Positions 28,613 to 38,130 of a stretch of DNA of 64,000 nucleotides are shown here, piece by piece. The notes below the pieces were generated by a model. That model made no database searches. It saw only the letters and a list, made by a program, of their open reading frames with translations, and was not told the DNA's origin. The stretch is from positions 11,725-75,724 of the forward strand of contig JAHEEM010000001.1 of assembly GCA_024640695.1 (NCBI GenBank), read 5' to 3'. How positions within the stretch are numbered: position 1 is the stretch's first letter; each line of letters opens with the position of its first letter. This stretch comes from Rhodospirillaceae bacterium (lineage in GTDB: Bacteria; Pseudomonadota; Gammaproteobacteria; Steroidobacterales; Rariloculaceae). The position numbers and the translations under genes are program-made.

Positions 28613-28879
28613 CTAGTTGTGCGTGCGAGAAAAAGAGCCCGCGTCCCAGAAAGCCTCGAACTCGCACTTGCTGACGTTGCTGTTGAGCATCAGAAAGGAC
28701 AGGCGCGCGAGGCCGAACCAGCCAGGCCTTCCCGTCGTAGGCGTTAGATGGTGAATGACAAGGCCATTTGAGCCGATGCCGACCTCGCGTTGTACCCAAC
28801 CATCGTCGTCTACCTCGGTGTAAAGAGCGTCCATCTCCAGCGTAGCCAACTCGCTGCGCGTCCATTTCAGGTAGGTCAT
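28613..28879 (-). CDS. small hypothetical protein (loosely DUF6881-like)
   Basis: This 88-aa ORF lies in a lower-GC patch next to the tRNA. The pattern KW...LYTEVDDDGWVQREV...EFEAFW recalls DUF6881-type small proteins. There is no other support. Confidence 0.4.
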   Translation of the reverse strand: MTYLKWTRSELATLEMDALYTEVDDDGWVQREVGIGSNGLVIHHLTPTTGRPGWFGLARLSFLMLNSNVSKCEFEAFWDAGSFSRTHN

Positions 28880-29022
28880 TGTTCTTATATTGCTCCGCGT
28901 AACTCTGCAGATATCACTTCGGCAAAGTATCTCAAATCGAAACGGGTCGCAAAGCCGACGACCCGCCCGCGTGATTTAACATATTGCCTGCGAGGCGGGC
29001 CTGGATCGGCCTGACGAGCTTT

Positions 29023-29499
29023 CTAGCGGGTCAATCCCATCCAAGCTGTGGAGACTTGTAGCGCCTCGACTCTGCCCACGGCGCGAAGCTTGCCGTCCGC
29101 ACTGAGGCGGCACTCGAGCAGATAGCCCTGTTCGATCCGATCGCTGACCTCGGCCTCCAGCTCGAGAACCGCATCCATCGGCGTCGGGCGCCGGTAGCCG
29201 ATCTCCAGCGAGCCCGTGGCAAAGTATCGTGCCGGCTGCGATCCGATTTCCCGATCCTCATCGAGATAGGCGGCCGCCATCGCCGTACAGATGCTGTGAC
29301 AGTCGATCAGGGTCGCGATGATGCCGCCGTTCACGAAGTGCGTCGGCGCGGAGCAGTGATGGGGCGCGGGAGTAAACCGAGCGACACTCGAACCGTCGCC
29401 GGTCCAATAGCTCTTAAGATTCAGACCGCCTCGGTTGTGTGGACCACAACCGAAACAGTGGTTGTGCGGTAGTCGGTCTTGAAGGGCTATATCACTCAA
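29023..29499 (-). CDS. PaaI-family hotdog-fold thioesterase
   Basis: An N-terminal CFGCGPHN motif and HFVNGGIIATLIDC are typical of the PaaI/YbgC-like thioesterase subgroup. Confidence 0.75.
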   Translation of the reverse strand: MSDIALQDRLPHNHCFGCGPHNRGGLNLKSYWTGDGSSVARFTPAPHHCSAPTHFVNGGIIATLIDCHSICTAMAAAYLDEDREIGSQPARYFATGSLEIGYRRPTPMDAVLELEAEVSDRIEQGYLLECRLSADGKLRAVGRVEALQVSTAWMGLTR

Positions 29500-29535
29500 G
29501 AACTCTGCTGCCAGGCGCTCGAAAGCGTCTTGCGT

Positions 29536-29787
29536 CTAGCGGCGTTCCTTCGGACGAGCCTCGTTCACGCGCAGGGCTCGGCCTTCGATTTCCTTGCCAT
29601 TCAATTGGACGATCGCAGCTTCAGCTTCACTTTGATTGGGCATCTCTACGAACCCGAAGCCTCGCGAACGACCCGTCTCCCGATCCATCAGCACTTTCGC
29701 AGAAGAGACCTCGCCAAATCCGGCAAAAGCCTCGCGTAGTTCTGTATCACTCATTGAGTAGGACAGGTTTCCAACATAGATATTCAT
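29536..29787 (-). CDS. RRM-type RNA-binding protein
   Basis: RNP2 IYVGNL and RNP1 RGFGFVEM are present, and it is 83 aa. Confidence 0.85.
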   Translation of the reverse strand: MNIYVGNLSYSMSDTELREAFAGFGEVSSAKVLMDRETGRSRGFGFVEMPNQSEAEAAIVQLNGKEIEGRALRVNEARPKERR

Positions 29788-30083
29788 CGACTCAGACTCT
29801 CACACCGTCTACTCGACATCAGCAACTCGATCAACGGTGTGGAATCGGTTGCCAGACGGGCCAACGCATCAATCAAAAAAGATGACGACTGCTGACCCCC
29901 TTCCTCCAACTACCACTTAAGGCGGTCCACAGATCCTAAGCTCGCGTCGATAGACGGTCAATCCCGATATTAACCAGAATTCCCAGATTGCCGCGTCGGG
30001 CTGGCGACAGCGCCAATCGGCGCCGCAGTCAGCCGAGCAGATCGGCCGACGCGCTCACCGCGCACTACTCGGTCCACAGGCGG

Positions 30084-30560
30084 TCAAGGCAACGGCACGA
30101 AGCGCGTAACCTTGAGATCTACCTCATCGCCGACGAGATCTGTAACGTAGTCGATATAAACCCTCGCCGGATAGCCGTGCTCGGCATCGAAGCTCACCCG
30201 TACGACATCGGCGCTCGTGCGAGCGGTTTCGACAAGCGCGAACAGGTCTTCGATTGTGCGGTACCAGCTAAGCTTTTCGGCGGCCACGGCAACCTCCTGC
30301 GCATAGTCATCCCGCGCATATCGGACTGCGATGACCCGACCTTCGCTGACCGTCACGATCGTGTCCGCCAGCTGATCCGGATGGCACTCGCATACGCGCT
30401 GGTAGCTGTACTCGTAATTGGCGATTCCTGCCTGTTCCCAGAGTGCCCGGCTTGCCGCGACATCCTGTGGACTGGCGTCGGCAAATATAAAGGCTCCGAC
30501 GATACCGGCGCACAGGCGAAGCGGCTTGGGTCGAAGGCTGAGCAATGCGCCGGCCGTCAC
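30084..30560 (-). CDS. DUF6174-like secreted/lipoprotein
   Basis: WEQAGIANYEYSYQRVCEC and the following beta-rich region resemble DUF6174. The GTG at 30560 forms a GTGA overlap with the stop of the upstream DUF3012 gene. The track ORF begins at a TTG at 30614. Confidence 0.45.
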   Translation of the reverse strand: MTAGALLSLRPKPLRLCAGIVGAFIFADASPQDVAASRALWEQAGIANYEYSYQRVCECHPDQLADTIVTVSEGRVIAVRYARDDYAQEVAVAAEKLSWYRTIEDLFALVETARTSADVVRVSFDAEHGYPARVYIDYVTDLVGDEVDLKVTRFVPLP

Positions 30561-30751
30561 TCGGACTGAAACAGGCAGTTGCGGGCATAGTCGGCAGCTT
30601 GATTGGTGCTCCAATCGCCCTTAGGGGTTGCGTCCATGCGTTCGCACCAGGCCGGGCTTCCTACCTCGGGCGCACAGGCAGTCGACACGAGCGCGATGAA
30701 CCCGAGCAGGACGCACGCCAGCCATCTGTGCAGCATCGACATCTTACGCAC
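30557..30751 (-). CDS. DUF3012-like small lipoprotein
   Basis: It has a signal peptide with lipobox LVSTAC, then WCERMDATPKGDWSTNQAADYARNC, which matches the DUF3012 pattern. Confidence 0.55.
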   Translation of the reverse strand: MRKMSMLHRWLACVLLGFIALVSTACAPEVGSPAWCERMDATPKGDWSTNQAADYARNCLFQSE

Positions 30752-30762
30752 CGCGTTTCGAC

Positions 30763-31044
30763 TCAGTCCTGACGGCTCGTGACCTCGATCAAATGATACC
30801 CAAACTGCGTCTGCACCGGACCCTGCACTTCGTTCAACGGCGCGCTAAACACCACCGCGTCGAACTCGCGGACCATTTGTCCGGGGTGGAAGCTGCCGAG
30901 ATCACCGCCTCGACCGCCCGACGGACAAGTCGAGAACTCGCGAGCCGCATCGGAAAAATCGGTACCGTCGATTATCTTCTGCTTGAGCTCCGCACAAAAA
31001 CCCTCGCTGTCTACGAGAATGTGTCTGGCCGTAGCCACTGTCAT
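30763..31044 (-). CDS. ppiC: parvulin-type peptidyl-prolyl cis-trans isomerase PpiC
   Basis: From the ATG at 31044 (GGAGGA about 9 nt upstream), the product MTVATARHILV...CPSGGRGGDLGSF...FGYHLIEV is collinear with the 93-aa E. coli PpiC. The track ORF extends further to 31116. Confidence 0.85.
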   Translation of the reverse strand: MTVATARHILVDSEGFCAELKQKIIDGTDFSDAAREFSTCPSGGRGGDLGSFHPGQMVREFDAVVFSAPLNEVQGPVQTQFGYHLIEVTSRQD

Positions 31045-31115
31045 AGTCATCTTCCTCCGGCTGCCGTAGATCAAATACCCCGCCTTACAAGACGGCCGGG
31101 CCCCTAGGGTCGCCA

Positions 31116-31769
31116 CTATACCGTGAAGGTGGCGCCCCCCCGAACCTTGGCCCTAAAGACTAGAGTGAAGTTGTTCGCGGGCATTGCGACGAGCTCCTCG
31201 AAGTCGAACCCGTGCTGCCGGGCAATGGCAGTCACCGCATCGATATCGCGCAGCCCCCAATCGGCGTTGCGTGCGCGTAGCGAAGCATCGAATACTTCAT
31301 TGCTCGGCGCCGTATGCCGTCCGTTTCGCAGGTAAGGCCCGTACGTCACGAGTACTCCGCCGTCTTGCTGAATATCGCGCGCACCGCGGAACAGAGCGTC
31401 CGTCGCTCGCCATGGTGCTATATGAATCATGTTGATACAAACCACCGCATCGACCGCTCCGATCGGCCAGGGCATACGGGTTACGTCGAGATCGATCGGG
31501 GACTCCACGTTGGAGAGATTCGCCTCTGCGAGGCGCAATTCTACCGAGGACCGCAGCTGAGGATCGATCTCGGAAGGCTGCCAGACGAGCCCCGGTAGCG
31601 CCTGTGCGAATGCGACTACGTGTTGCCCCGTGCCGCTGGCGATCTCCAGAACCTTGCCGCGGTCTGGCAGCACCCGCTCGAGCACCTCCAGAATTGGCCG
31701 GCTGTTGCGCTCGGCCGGCGCGCTATGCCGCTGCTGCCGGTCGGTTAGCGCGCCCGTTTCCTTCACCAT
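31116..31769 (-). CDS. DUF938 class I SAM-dependent methyltransferase
   Basis: APAERNSRPILEVL and VLEIASGTGQH are typical of DUF938. Confidence 0.7.
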   Translation of the reverse strand: MVKETGALTDRQQRHSAPAERNSRPILEVLERVLPDRGKVLEIASGTGQHVVAFAQALPGLVWQPSEIDPQLRSSVELRLAEANLSNVESPIDLDVTRMPWPIGAVDAVVCINMIHIAPWRATDALFRGARDIQQDGGVLVTYGPYLRNGRHTAPSNEVFDASLRARNADWGLRDIDAVTAIARQHGFDFEELVAMPANNFTLVFRAKVRGGATFTV

Positions 31770-31814
31770 GGCTACATGTATCGTGCCGCTGAGCAGCTTA
31801 TCTCATGGCCGGGC

Positions 31815-32165
31815 TCAGTCGAGCCGGCTCCCTTGAACCTGCTTCGGCTGCAGCGCCGCGAGATCAACGCCAGTCAGGCAGCGGATATTGACCGCCCAGA
31901 GCTCCGGCGCGCTGCGAGGCCGGTTGAAGGTATGAATGCCGCATACGGAGCAGAAGTAATGCTTAGCGATGCGCTTGTTGAACTGGTAGACGGCCAGCTC
32001 ATCGAGCGGTGTCAGCAAGCGAAACTGATCCTCGCTAACACGTCCGATGATCACGCCCTTTTTCGTGCATATCGAGCAGTCGCAGACAACGGCGTCGGCT
32101 AAATCGAGCTGGACTTCGAATCGCACCTTGCCGCAGTGACAGCTGCCATCGAACGGTTGCTTCAT
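31815..32165 (-). CDS. GFA (glutathione-dependent formaldehyde-activating / CENP-V-like) family protein
   Basis: The zinc-binding Cys pattern is present: CHCG...CDCSIC...FCSVCG. Confidence 0.8.
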   Translation of the reverse strand: MKQPFDGSCHCGKVRFEVQLDLADAVVCDCSICTKKGVIIGRVSEDQFRLLTPLDELAVYQFNKRIAKHYFCSVCGIHTFNRPRSAPELWAVNIRCLTGVDLAALQPKQVQGSRLD

Positions 32166-32240
32166 ACGATCACTCCTAGTGAATCTTTCATTCGCGTCGG
32201 AAGACTCTCGATGCCGCGCGCGGGGCTGGAGAGCCGCGTG

Positions 32241-32597
32241 TTATCGCACATACTCTATCAGAGCTTCGAGATTGGAATCTGCGATCTCGCATTGACGATT
32301 TCGGCAGATCGCCCGAGGCTCCGCGTCGGGATCGGGGTCGCAACCGCGCGACTCCGCCACCCGGGCGAGGAACTCCTGAGTCCAGGTCTCGAACTCAACC
32401 GCGAAACGCGAGTTGATGGCTCGGTTCGTACATCTGTTCGCGTCGAAAACGACAACGCAGTCGAATCTTCCGCCGCATTCGAACCAGCTCTGATCCGGCG
32501 CCTCCGCTGCAGTCGCTCCCCCTGGCGGCAAACCGGGAGTTGCGGCGCACGCTGTAATGTTCATGACCGCAGCGGCCAGGCTTGGGCGCAGCATCAT
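32241..32597 (-). CDS. hypothetical lipoprotein
   Basis: It has a signal peptide with a lipobox-like NITAC and six further Cys residues. The ATGA overlap with the upstream GNAT gene suggests co-translation. I recognise no family. Confidence 0.45.
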   Translation of the reverse strand: MMLRPSLAAAVMNITACAATPGLPPGGATAAEAPDQSWFECGGRFDCVVVFDANRCTNRAINSRFAVEFETWTQEFLARVAESRGCDPDPDAEPRAICRNRQCEIADSNLEALIEYVR

Positions 32598-33097
32598 CGC
32601 TGGATGCCATCCAAACGCAGCTCGTAGCGCATCACGTGGTAAGGGCCGACCTGGCGCTCGCTGTGCGGCCGAAAGCCACAGCCTTCATAGAGGCAGCGTA
32701 GCTTTGGCCTCGTGATGTCCGTGTCGAGCCGGAGAAATAGCCGCCCCTCTGTGCGTGCGCGGCGGGCTGCCCATTGCAGCATCGTGGCGGCTAGTCCGCG
32801 GCCGGCATATCGCCGCCGCACCGCCAACCTGTGAACATAGGCAGAGTCCGGACCACGCTCGTCGGGCCAGAACTGCTCGTCAACGTGCTGGTATCTGAGC
32901 GTAGCGGCGTACACCCCGGTGCAGCGCACTAGGAAGAATTCGCCTCGCTCAATCTCGGCGCGAACGTGCGCAGCATCGAGCTCCGATTCGATCCACAATT
33001 GCCCGTGGTGTCGCTCCGCCCAAGCCGCCACCTCCCGAAGAATGTCGGCCACGACGGGCGCCTGCGCTAAGCTGGCTTGCTCTACGTCGATGTCCAT
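32594..33097 (-). CDS. GNAT-family N-acetyltransferase
   Basis: The acetyl-CoA binding motif region is RLAVRRRYAGRGLAATML, and the size is typical. Confidence 0.7.
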   Translation of the reverse strand: MDIDVEQASLAQAPVVADILREVAAWAERHHGQLWIESELDAAHVRAEIERGEFFLVRCTGVYAATLRYQHVDEQFWPDERGPDSAYVHRLAVRRRYAGRGLAATMLQWAARRARTEGRLFLRLDTDITRPKLRCLYEGCGFRPHSERQVGPYHVMRYELRLDGIQR

Positions 33098-33369
33098 CTC
33101 TACCTCAAGTCCATTCGCGAATGGTCAGCACAGGATTGCCGCCTAACGTTTCTGAAACAACAGCTTGCCCTCGGGTTTCGCGCGCAGCTGCGCTCGATCT
33201 ACATCTAGTTTGCGTTCCCGAAGATCTTCGGTCATGCGACGCTGCAGTTGGGCCGACTAAAAACGAGCTCCAGCACTTCCGCTACAGGAGTCTAGGTGTT
33301 GCTTTTGCGGAAAGGGCCGCCGCTCGAAGGAACTTTCCGCGCCGTGTGCAAGCTCGGAAACGTACTTAT

Positions 33370-34644
33370 TCAACGAGCGCGGCTCAGGGCCAGCGGCCGA
33401 GGCCCGAGGGCCTGCAGAGCGGCCTGAAGCTGACTATCCTCCTCTGGGGAGATGTCCAAGCCAGGGTTGCCGAAAAGGTATTTCGGATCCTTCGCACGCG
33501 CGATGACGTCCGGCTCGAGCCCACGACCGTTAATCGATTGCCCCGACGCGGTGAAGTAACGCGACGTCGTCAGCTTGATGGCGCGCCCATCGGCCAGTGG
33601 CATGACAGTCTGCACCGACGCCTTGCCATAGGTGCGCTCGCCGACTAACAGAGCGCGCTGGTTGGCCTTGAGGGCGCCGGCTACAATCTCCGAGGCCGAT
33701 GCAGAACCCGCATTGACCAGCACGACGACTTCGACGTCCTCGAGGTCGTCACCAGCATGAGCGTATCGCTCGAATCGCGCGTCCCCCGCTCGGCCACTGC
33801 CGCGAACGATCAAGCCACGCGCCAGAAAAGCGTCTGCGACCGTAACCGCCGCGTCGAGCACACCACCCGGATTGTTGCGCAGGTCGAGAACAACACCGGC
33901 GACGTCCTCACCAGCCTCGCGCCTGAGTGAATCCATGGCACGCGACAGGTCAACGCCGGTCGTATCCGAAAAGCCCGTGATCTTGAGGTAGCCGACGCCG
34001 TCGCCCAGATACCTGCCCCTGACTGTTTGAACCTGGATGGTCGACCGGGTCAACGCGAAGCGACGCGATTCCTGCTCACCGTCGCGGAACACGTCGACCG
34101 TAACCTCAGTGCCGGGGGTGCCCCGCATGCGGCTGACCGCGTCATTAATGTTGCCGTCTGCAATCCGCACATCATCGACCGATATCACGACATCGCCCGG
34201 CAGGATCCCGGCTTGTTCGGCGGGGGTCCCGTCTATTGGCGCAATAACCGTTACCCTGCCATCGTCGACCGTAACATCGAGACCGACGCCTGCGTAGCTG
34301 CCTGCTGCGCTGATCTGGATCTCTGCGTACTCGGCAGAATTCAGGTAGCGCGAATGCTTGTCGAGCTCACCGAGGATGCCTTGGATCGCGCTCGCAACGA
34401 GCTGCTCCTCGTCGATTTCATCGACATACTCGCGTCGCACGTGGTCGATGACCTCAGCAAGAAGTCCGAGATCGGACACCTGACGAGTTCTGTTCGCGGC
34501 GGCAGCAGCGGCGTTGTGGCTGGCAAGCACGCCGCCACCGATGGACACGGTAAAACCTAGTACCGCGCCGACGACGACGACCAGAATGCATCTATGTTTC
34601 AGAGACATAGGTAAGCGAGGGCCCCTTTCGAGACGGCCTGTCAC
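33370..34644 (-). CDS. ctpA: S41 carboxy-terminal processing peptidase
   Basis: It has a PDZ domain (AEQAGILPGDVVISVD), DLRNNPGG and the GSASASEI catalytic Ser region. The alternative ATG at 34608 (MSLKHRC...) is equally plausible. Confidence 0.88.
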   Translation of the reverse strand: MTGRLERGPRLPMSLKHRCILVVVVGAVLGFTVSIGGGVLASHNAAAAAANRTRQVSDLGLLAEVIDHVRREYVDEIDEEQLVASAIQGILGELDKHSRYLNSAEYAEIQISAAGSYAGVGLDVTVDDGRVTVIAPIDGTPAEQAGILPGDVVISVDDVRIADGNINDAVSRMRGTPGTEVTVDVFRDGEQESRRFALTRSTIQVQTVRGRYLGDGVGYLKITGFSDTTGVDLSRAMDSLRREAGEDVAGVVLDLRNNPGGVLDAAVTVADAFLARGLIVRGSGRAGDARFERYAHAGDDLEDVEVVVLVNAGSASASEIVAGALKANQRALLVGERTYGKASVQTVMPLADGRAIKLTTSRYFTASGQSINGRGLEPDVIARAKDPKYLFGNPGLDISPEEDSQLQAALQALGPRPLALSRAR

Positions 34645-34717
34645 CTTAGCACAGCCCCCGCGCCGAAAGCATCAGGCCCGCGCCCCAGGATGCACAGCGG
34701 CGAGGCGCCGCCGGCAG

Positions 34718-35890
34718 CTAAGGCGGCTGGGGCTCGGCCCGCCTCATCCAGGCACGCGGGTCTACTGGCTCACCGTCCTTTCGAATCTCGAAGTACAGCG
34801 CCGTCTGCGCCTCTCCGCCCGAATCTCCGACCTGCGCGATCACCTCACCCGGCGCCACCCAGTCGCCCACCTCTTTGAGCAGCGCTTCGTTATGACCGTA
34901 AAGGCTCATGAAGTCCTCGCCGTGATCGACGATCACAAGCAAACCGAGGCCCACAAACCAATCCGAGTACACAACTCGCCCGTGATAGATCGACCGCACC
35001 GGTGCCCCCGCCGGCGCACCGACCTGCACGCCCTGCCAGCGAAGCTGCGAGCCGGCGCGAACTTCGCCGTAGCGACTGAGGAGATGACCGGTGACGGGCC
35101 ACGGCAAGCTACCGCGCGCTTTCGAGAACGGCTCCTGGGAATCGACCGGGAATTCCGCAAGCGCTACCTTAAGCTCTTGCACCAGCTCGGTCAGACGCTG
35201 CTCCTCGCTGCGCAAGCGTTGGATCTCCTCCTCCTCGGTGCCGATCGTCGCATCGAGCTCGCTTACAGCTTGCTCGCGCTGCGTGCGCAGATCTTCCAGC
35301 GCATCAAGCTCGCGCTGCTGCTCCCGCTCAAGAGACGCAAGCTCACGCGCGGCGCTCTCTGTTGCCGCGGCGAGTTCCGCGAGCACGCCAAGCTCGCGAG
35401 ACACGTTATCGATGCGTACGCTGCGGGCTCGATTGAGGTAGTCGTAGTAGGCCATCATGCGGCCCAGGCGCGCGGGCTCCTCCTGGTTGAGCATCAGCTT
35501 TAGCGCCTCCTGATGGCCGGTCAGGAAGCTGATCCGCACCTGGCTGGCGAGCGCCTCGCGCTCCGTGGCCAGGCGCTCATTCGCCTGCCGCGTCTGATCG
35601 GCAAGCTCGCGACCATGCCGCCGCTGGTCGTCGAGCCTGCCGCGCACACCGCGCAGCGATTCGGCTGCTGCGGCGCTGGCTGTCTCCGCCTGCTTTAGAT
35701 CCGCGTACCGGCTTTCCAAGGCAGCGTGGTTTTTCTCGAGCCGCCGCTGCAGAGTCTCGATTTGCTCGCGAACAGCGCCCAGGGCCCGCTCCTCCTGAAT
35801 CTGAGCAAAGGCAAGGGTAGTGGCGATCAGCAAGGCGCCGAGCAGCGCCGTGGCGCCGCCGATCGAGCAATGACTGGAGGCTATATTCAC
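34718..35890 (-). CDS. envC: murein hydrolase activator EnvC-like (coiled coil + M23/LytM domain)
   Basis: The start is GTG. It has a signal peptide, a long coiled coil and a C-terminal LytM domain (VVYSDWFVGLGLLVIVDHGEDFMSLYGHN). It is 5' of ctpA, as in many Gammaproteobacteria. Confidence 0.8.
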   Translation of the reverse strand: MNIASSHCSIGGATALLGALLIATTLAFAQIQEERALGAVREQIETLQRRLEKNHAALESRYADLKQAETASAAAAESLRGVRGRLDDQRRHGRELADQTRQANERLATEREALASQVRISFLTGHQEALKLMLNQEEPARLGRMMAYYDYLNRARSVRIDNVSRELGVLAELAAATESAARELASLEREQQRELDALEDLRTQREQAVSELDATIGTEEEEIQRLRSEEQRLTELVQELKVALAEFPVDSQEPFSKARGSLPWPVTGHLLSRYGEVRAGSQLRWQGVQVGAPAGAPVRSIYHGRVVYSDWFVGLGLLVIVDHGEDFMSLYGHNEALLKEVGDWVAPGEVIAQVGDSGGEAQTALYFEIRKDGEPVDPRAWMRRAEPQPP

Positions 35891-35981
35891 TGGAGCGCCA
35901 GTCTATCCCGACGTCGCCTCAGCGCAAGCGCAGGCCCCTGCTATAATCGCCAGCCAACGCGGCCGGTGCCGGGAGCAAGTT

Positions 35982-36401
35982 ATGGAACAACTGGCGGAGT
36001 TCGCCGGCAATCATGTCCTTCTCGTGGCAGGGCTGATCGGCTCATTTGGCCTCGCGGCCGCTTACGAGCTGCGTCAGCGAGCGCACGGGGTCACGCAGGT
36101 TTCGCCAGGCGACGCGGTCAAGCTCATCAACAAGTCCGCGCTCGTTATCGATGTACGATCGCCCGAAGCCTACGGCAGCGGCCACATCGTGAACGCCCGT
36201 AACCTCACCGTGGCAGACCTCGAGAAGGACCCGGACGCGATCAAGAAAAATAAGGGCAAGATTGTGCTCGTTGTGTGCGATAGCGGCATGCAGGCCGGCA
36301 AAGCCGCAAACCTGCTCCGCAAGGCGGGCTATGAGAACACCTTCAGTTTACGCGGCGGTATTGGCGCGTGGCGAACAGAGAATCTCCCGCTGGCCAAGTG
36401 A
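35982..36401 (+). CDS. rhodanese-domain membrane protein (YibN-like)
   Basis: It has an N-terminal TM helix and a rhodanese fold with the active-site loop CDSGMQAG. It is 5' of secB, as in E. coli yibN. Confidence 0.8.
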   Translation: MEQLAEFAGNHVLLVAGLIGSFGLAAAYELRQRAHGVTQVSPGDAVKLINKSALVIDVRSPEAYGSGHIVNARNLTVADLEKDPDAIKKNKGKIVLVVCDSGMQAGKAANLLRKAGYENTFSLRGGIGAWRTENLPLAK

Positions 36402-36578
36402 ATTCAAGCGGATACCCCGCGGAGCACGTTTCGCGGCCGAGCTTGGGATCGCATGGTGAAGGCTAGACCGCTATCATGAATTAAGCGGTGGACCCGCGCC
36501 GCTCTTGGGCGGAACGCAGGCCTCCCGCACGGCGACGAGCCCCACCGGCTCGTTTTGGAAAACATCGCTAGGACCGTT

Positions 36579-37070
36579 ATGGCAGAAGAAACACAGACCA
36601 CACCGAGCAAGCAGCTGCTGCTGCAAAAAATCTACATCAAGGATCTCTCCTTCGAGTCGCCACGGGCACCCGATGTGTTCTCCAAGGACGCGACGCCTCA
36701 GACCCAACTGAATATTCGCTCTAACGCGCGTGATCTCGGCCAGGATACCCAGGAAGTCACGTTGACCCTGACGATCGAAGCCAAGGACCAGGAGAACACG
36801 CTGTTTCTGATCGAACTCGTGCAGGCCGGTATTTTCCTTGTCAAAGGCTATACGGACGAGGAGCGGCACATGCTCACCGGCAGCTACTGCCCTGGATCGC
36901 TGTATCCATTCGCACGTGAGGCGATAGCCGATATCGTCACACGCGGCGGTTTCCCGCAGCTACTTCTGCAACCGATCAACTTCGACGCGCTATACGGACA
37001 GGCGATGCGTGACCGGGCTCAGGGCGGAAACGGCGGCGAGCCGACGGCTCAGCCTGAGGAAGCGCATTGA
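36579..37070 (+). CDS. secB: protein-export chaperone SecB
   Basis: The ATG at 36579 has AGGA 5 nt upstream. LLLQKIYIKDLSFESP and the FNVRP-like region are present, along with an acidic C-terminus. Confidence 0.88.
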   Translation: MAEETQTTPSKQLLLQKIYIKDLSFESPRAPDVFSKDATPQTQLNIRSNARDLGQDTQEVTLTLTIEAKDQENTLFLIELVQAGIFLVKGYTDEERHMLTGSYCPGSLYPFAREAIADIVTRGGFPQLLLQPINFDALYGQAMRDRAQGGNGGEPTAQPEEAH

Positions 37071-37118
37071 CCGACCCTTCCCGATCGGAGCGACAATCAG
37101 ATTCCGAGTCCGGCTGAT

Positions 37119-38114
37119 ATGAGCCGTCGCATGGCCGTGCTTGGCTCTGGATCATGGGGCACGGCGCTGGCCATACAGTTTGCGCGCGCCGGTCGGGACA
37201 CGATCATGTGGGGCATCGAGACGGACGAGATCGCCTCGATGGCTAAGGCCCGTTGCAACAAGACCTATCTGCCGAGCGCCCCGTTTCCCGACCGCCTCGA
37301 GGTCACCACAGACCTAGATGCCGCACTAGCCGGCGCCGAAGACGTGCTCGTCGTCGTGCCAAGCCACGCGTTCCGAGAAACCCTGCAGCGGCTCGCCGGC
37401 GCCGCGAAGCAGATTCAGCATCTAGCATGGGCTACGAAGGGCTTTGAAACCGAAACGGGCTTGCTACCTCATCAGGTCGCCGAGCAAGTGCTCGGCGAGT
37501 CCATCCCGACGGCCGTTCTGTCGGGTCCGACATTCGCCGCAGAGGTTGGTATCGGCCTACCGAGCGCAATGGTAATCGCATCTGCCGACGCAGCCTTTGC
37601 GTTGCGCCTCGCCGAGGCAATCACAACCGACAACTTTCGCGCCTACACCTCGACTGACATTACCGGGGTCGAAGTCGGCGGCGCAACGAAGAACGTGCTT
37701 GCCATCGGTGCCGGCATATCCGACGGTCTCGGCTTCGGCGCCAACACGCGCATTGCGCTGATAACCCGAGGCCTAGTGGAGATGACCCGACTCGGCGTCG
37801 CGCTCGGCGCGAAAAAGGACACGTTCATGGGCCTGTCCGGCATGGGCGATCTCGTGCTGACTTGCACCGATGACCAGTCTAGGAACCGGCGCTTCGGACT
37901 CGCTCTCGGTAGAGGCGCGAACGTCGAGCAAGCACGCGGGACAATCGGGCAAGTCGTCGAGGGCTACTACGCTGCCATTGCGGTGCACCGCGTCGCCAAG
38001 CGCTTGCAGGTCCCCATGCCGATCGTCGAGGAGATCTACAGGGTCGTCTACGCGTCCGCGAGTCCACAGGAAGCCGTCATTGCGCTGATGCGCCGGCCGA
38101 TTTCGCCCGAGTGA
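37119..38114 (+). CDS. gpsA: NAD(P)H-dependent glycerol-3-phosphate dehydrogenase
   Basis: GSGSWGTALA, GPTFAAEV and KNVLAIGAG motifs are present. Confidence 0.93.
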   Translation: MSRRMAVLGSGSWGTALAIQFARAGRDTIMWGIETDEIASMAKARCNKTYLPSAPFPDRLEVTTDLDAALAGAEDVLVVVPSHAFRETLQRLAGAAKQIQHLAWATKGFETETGLLPHQVAEQVLGESIPTAVLSGPTFAAEVGIGLPSAMVIASADAAFALRLAEAITTDNFRAYTSTDITGVEVGGATKNVLAIGAGISDGLGFGANTRIALITRGLVEMTRLGVALGAKKDTFMGLSGMGDLVLTCTDDQSRNRRFGLALGRGANVEQARGTIGQVVEGYYAAIAVHRVAKRLQVPMPIVEEIYRVVYASASPQEAVIALMRRPISPE

Positions 38115-38130
38115 TTATGCTCGGCTGGGC

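Noticed and set aside
33143-33235. A 30-codon minus-strand ORF (MTEDLRERKLDVDRAQLRAKPEGKLLFQKR) in the 270-nt spacer between the GNAT gene and ctpA.
   Set aside because: It has no Shine-Dalgarno sequence and no recognisable family, and an ORF of this length is expected by chance. It would need Ribo-seq support.
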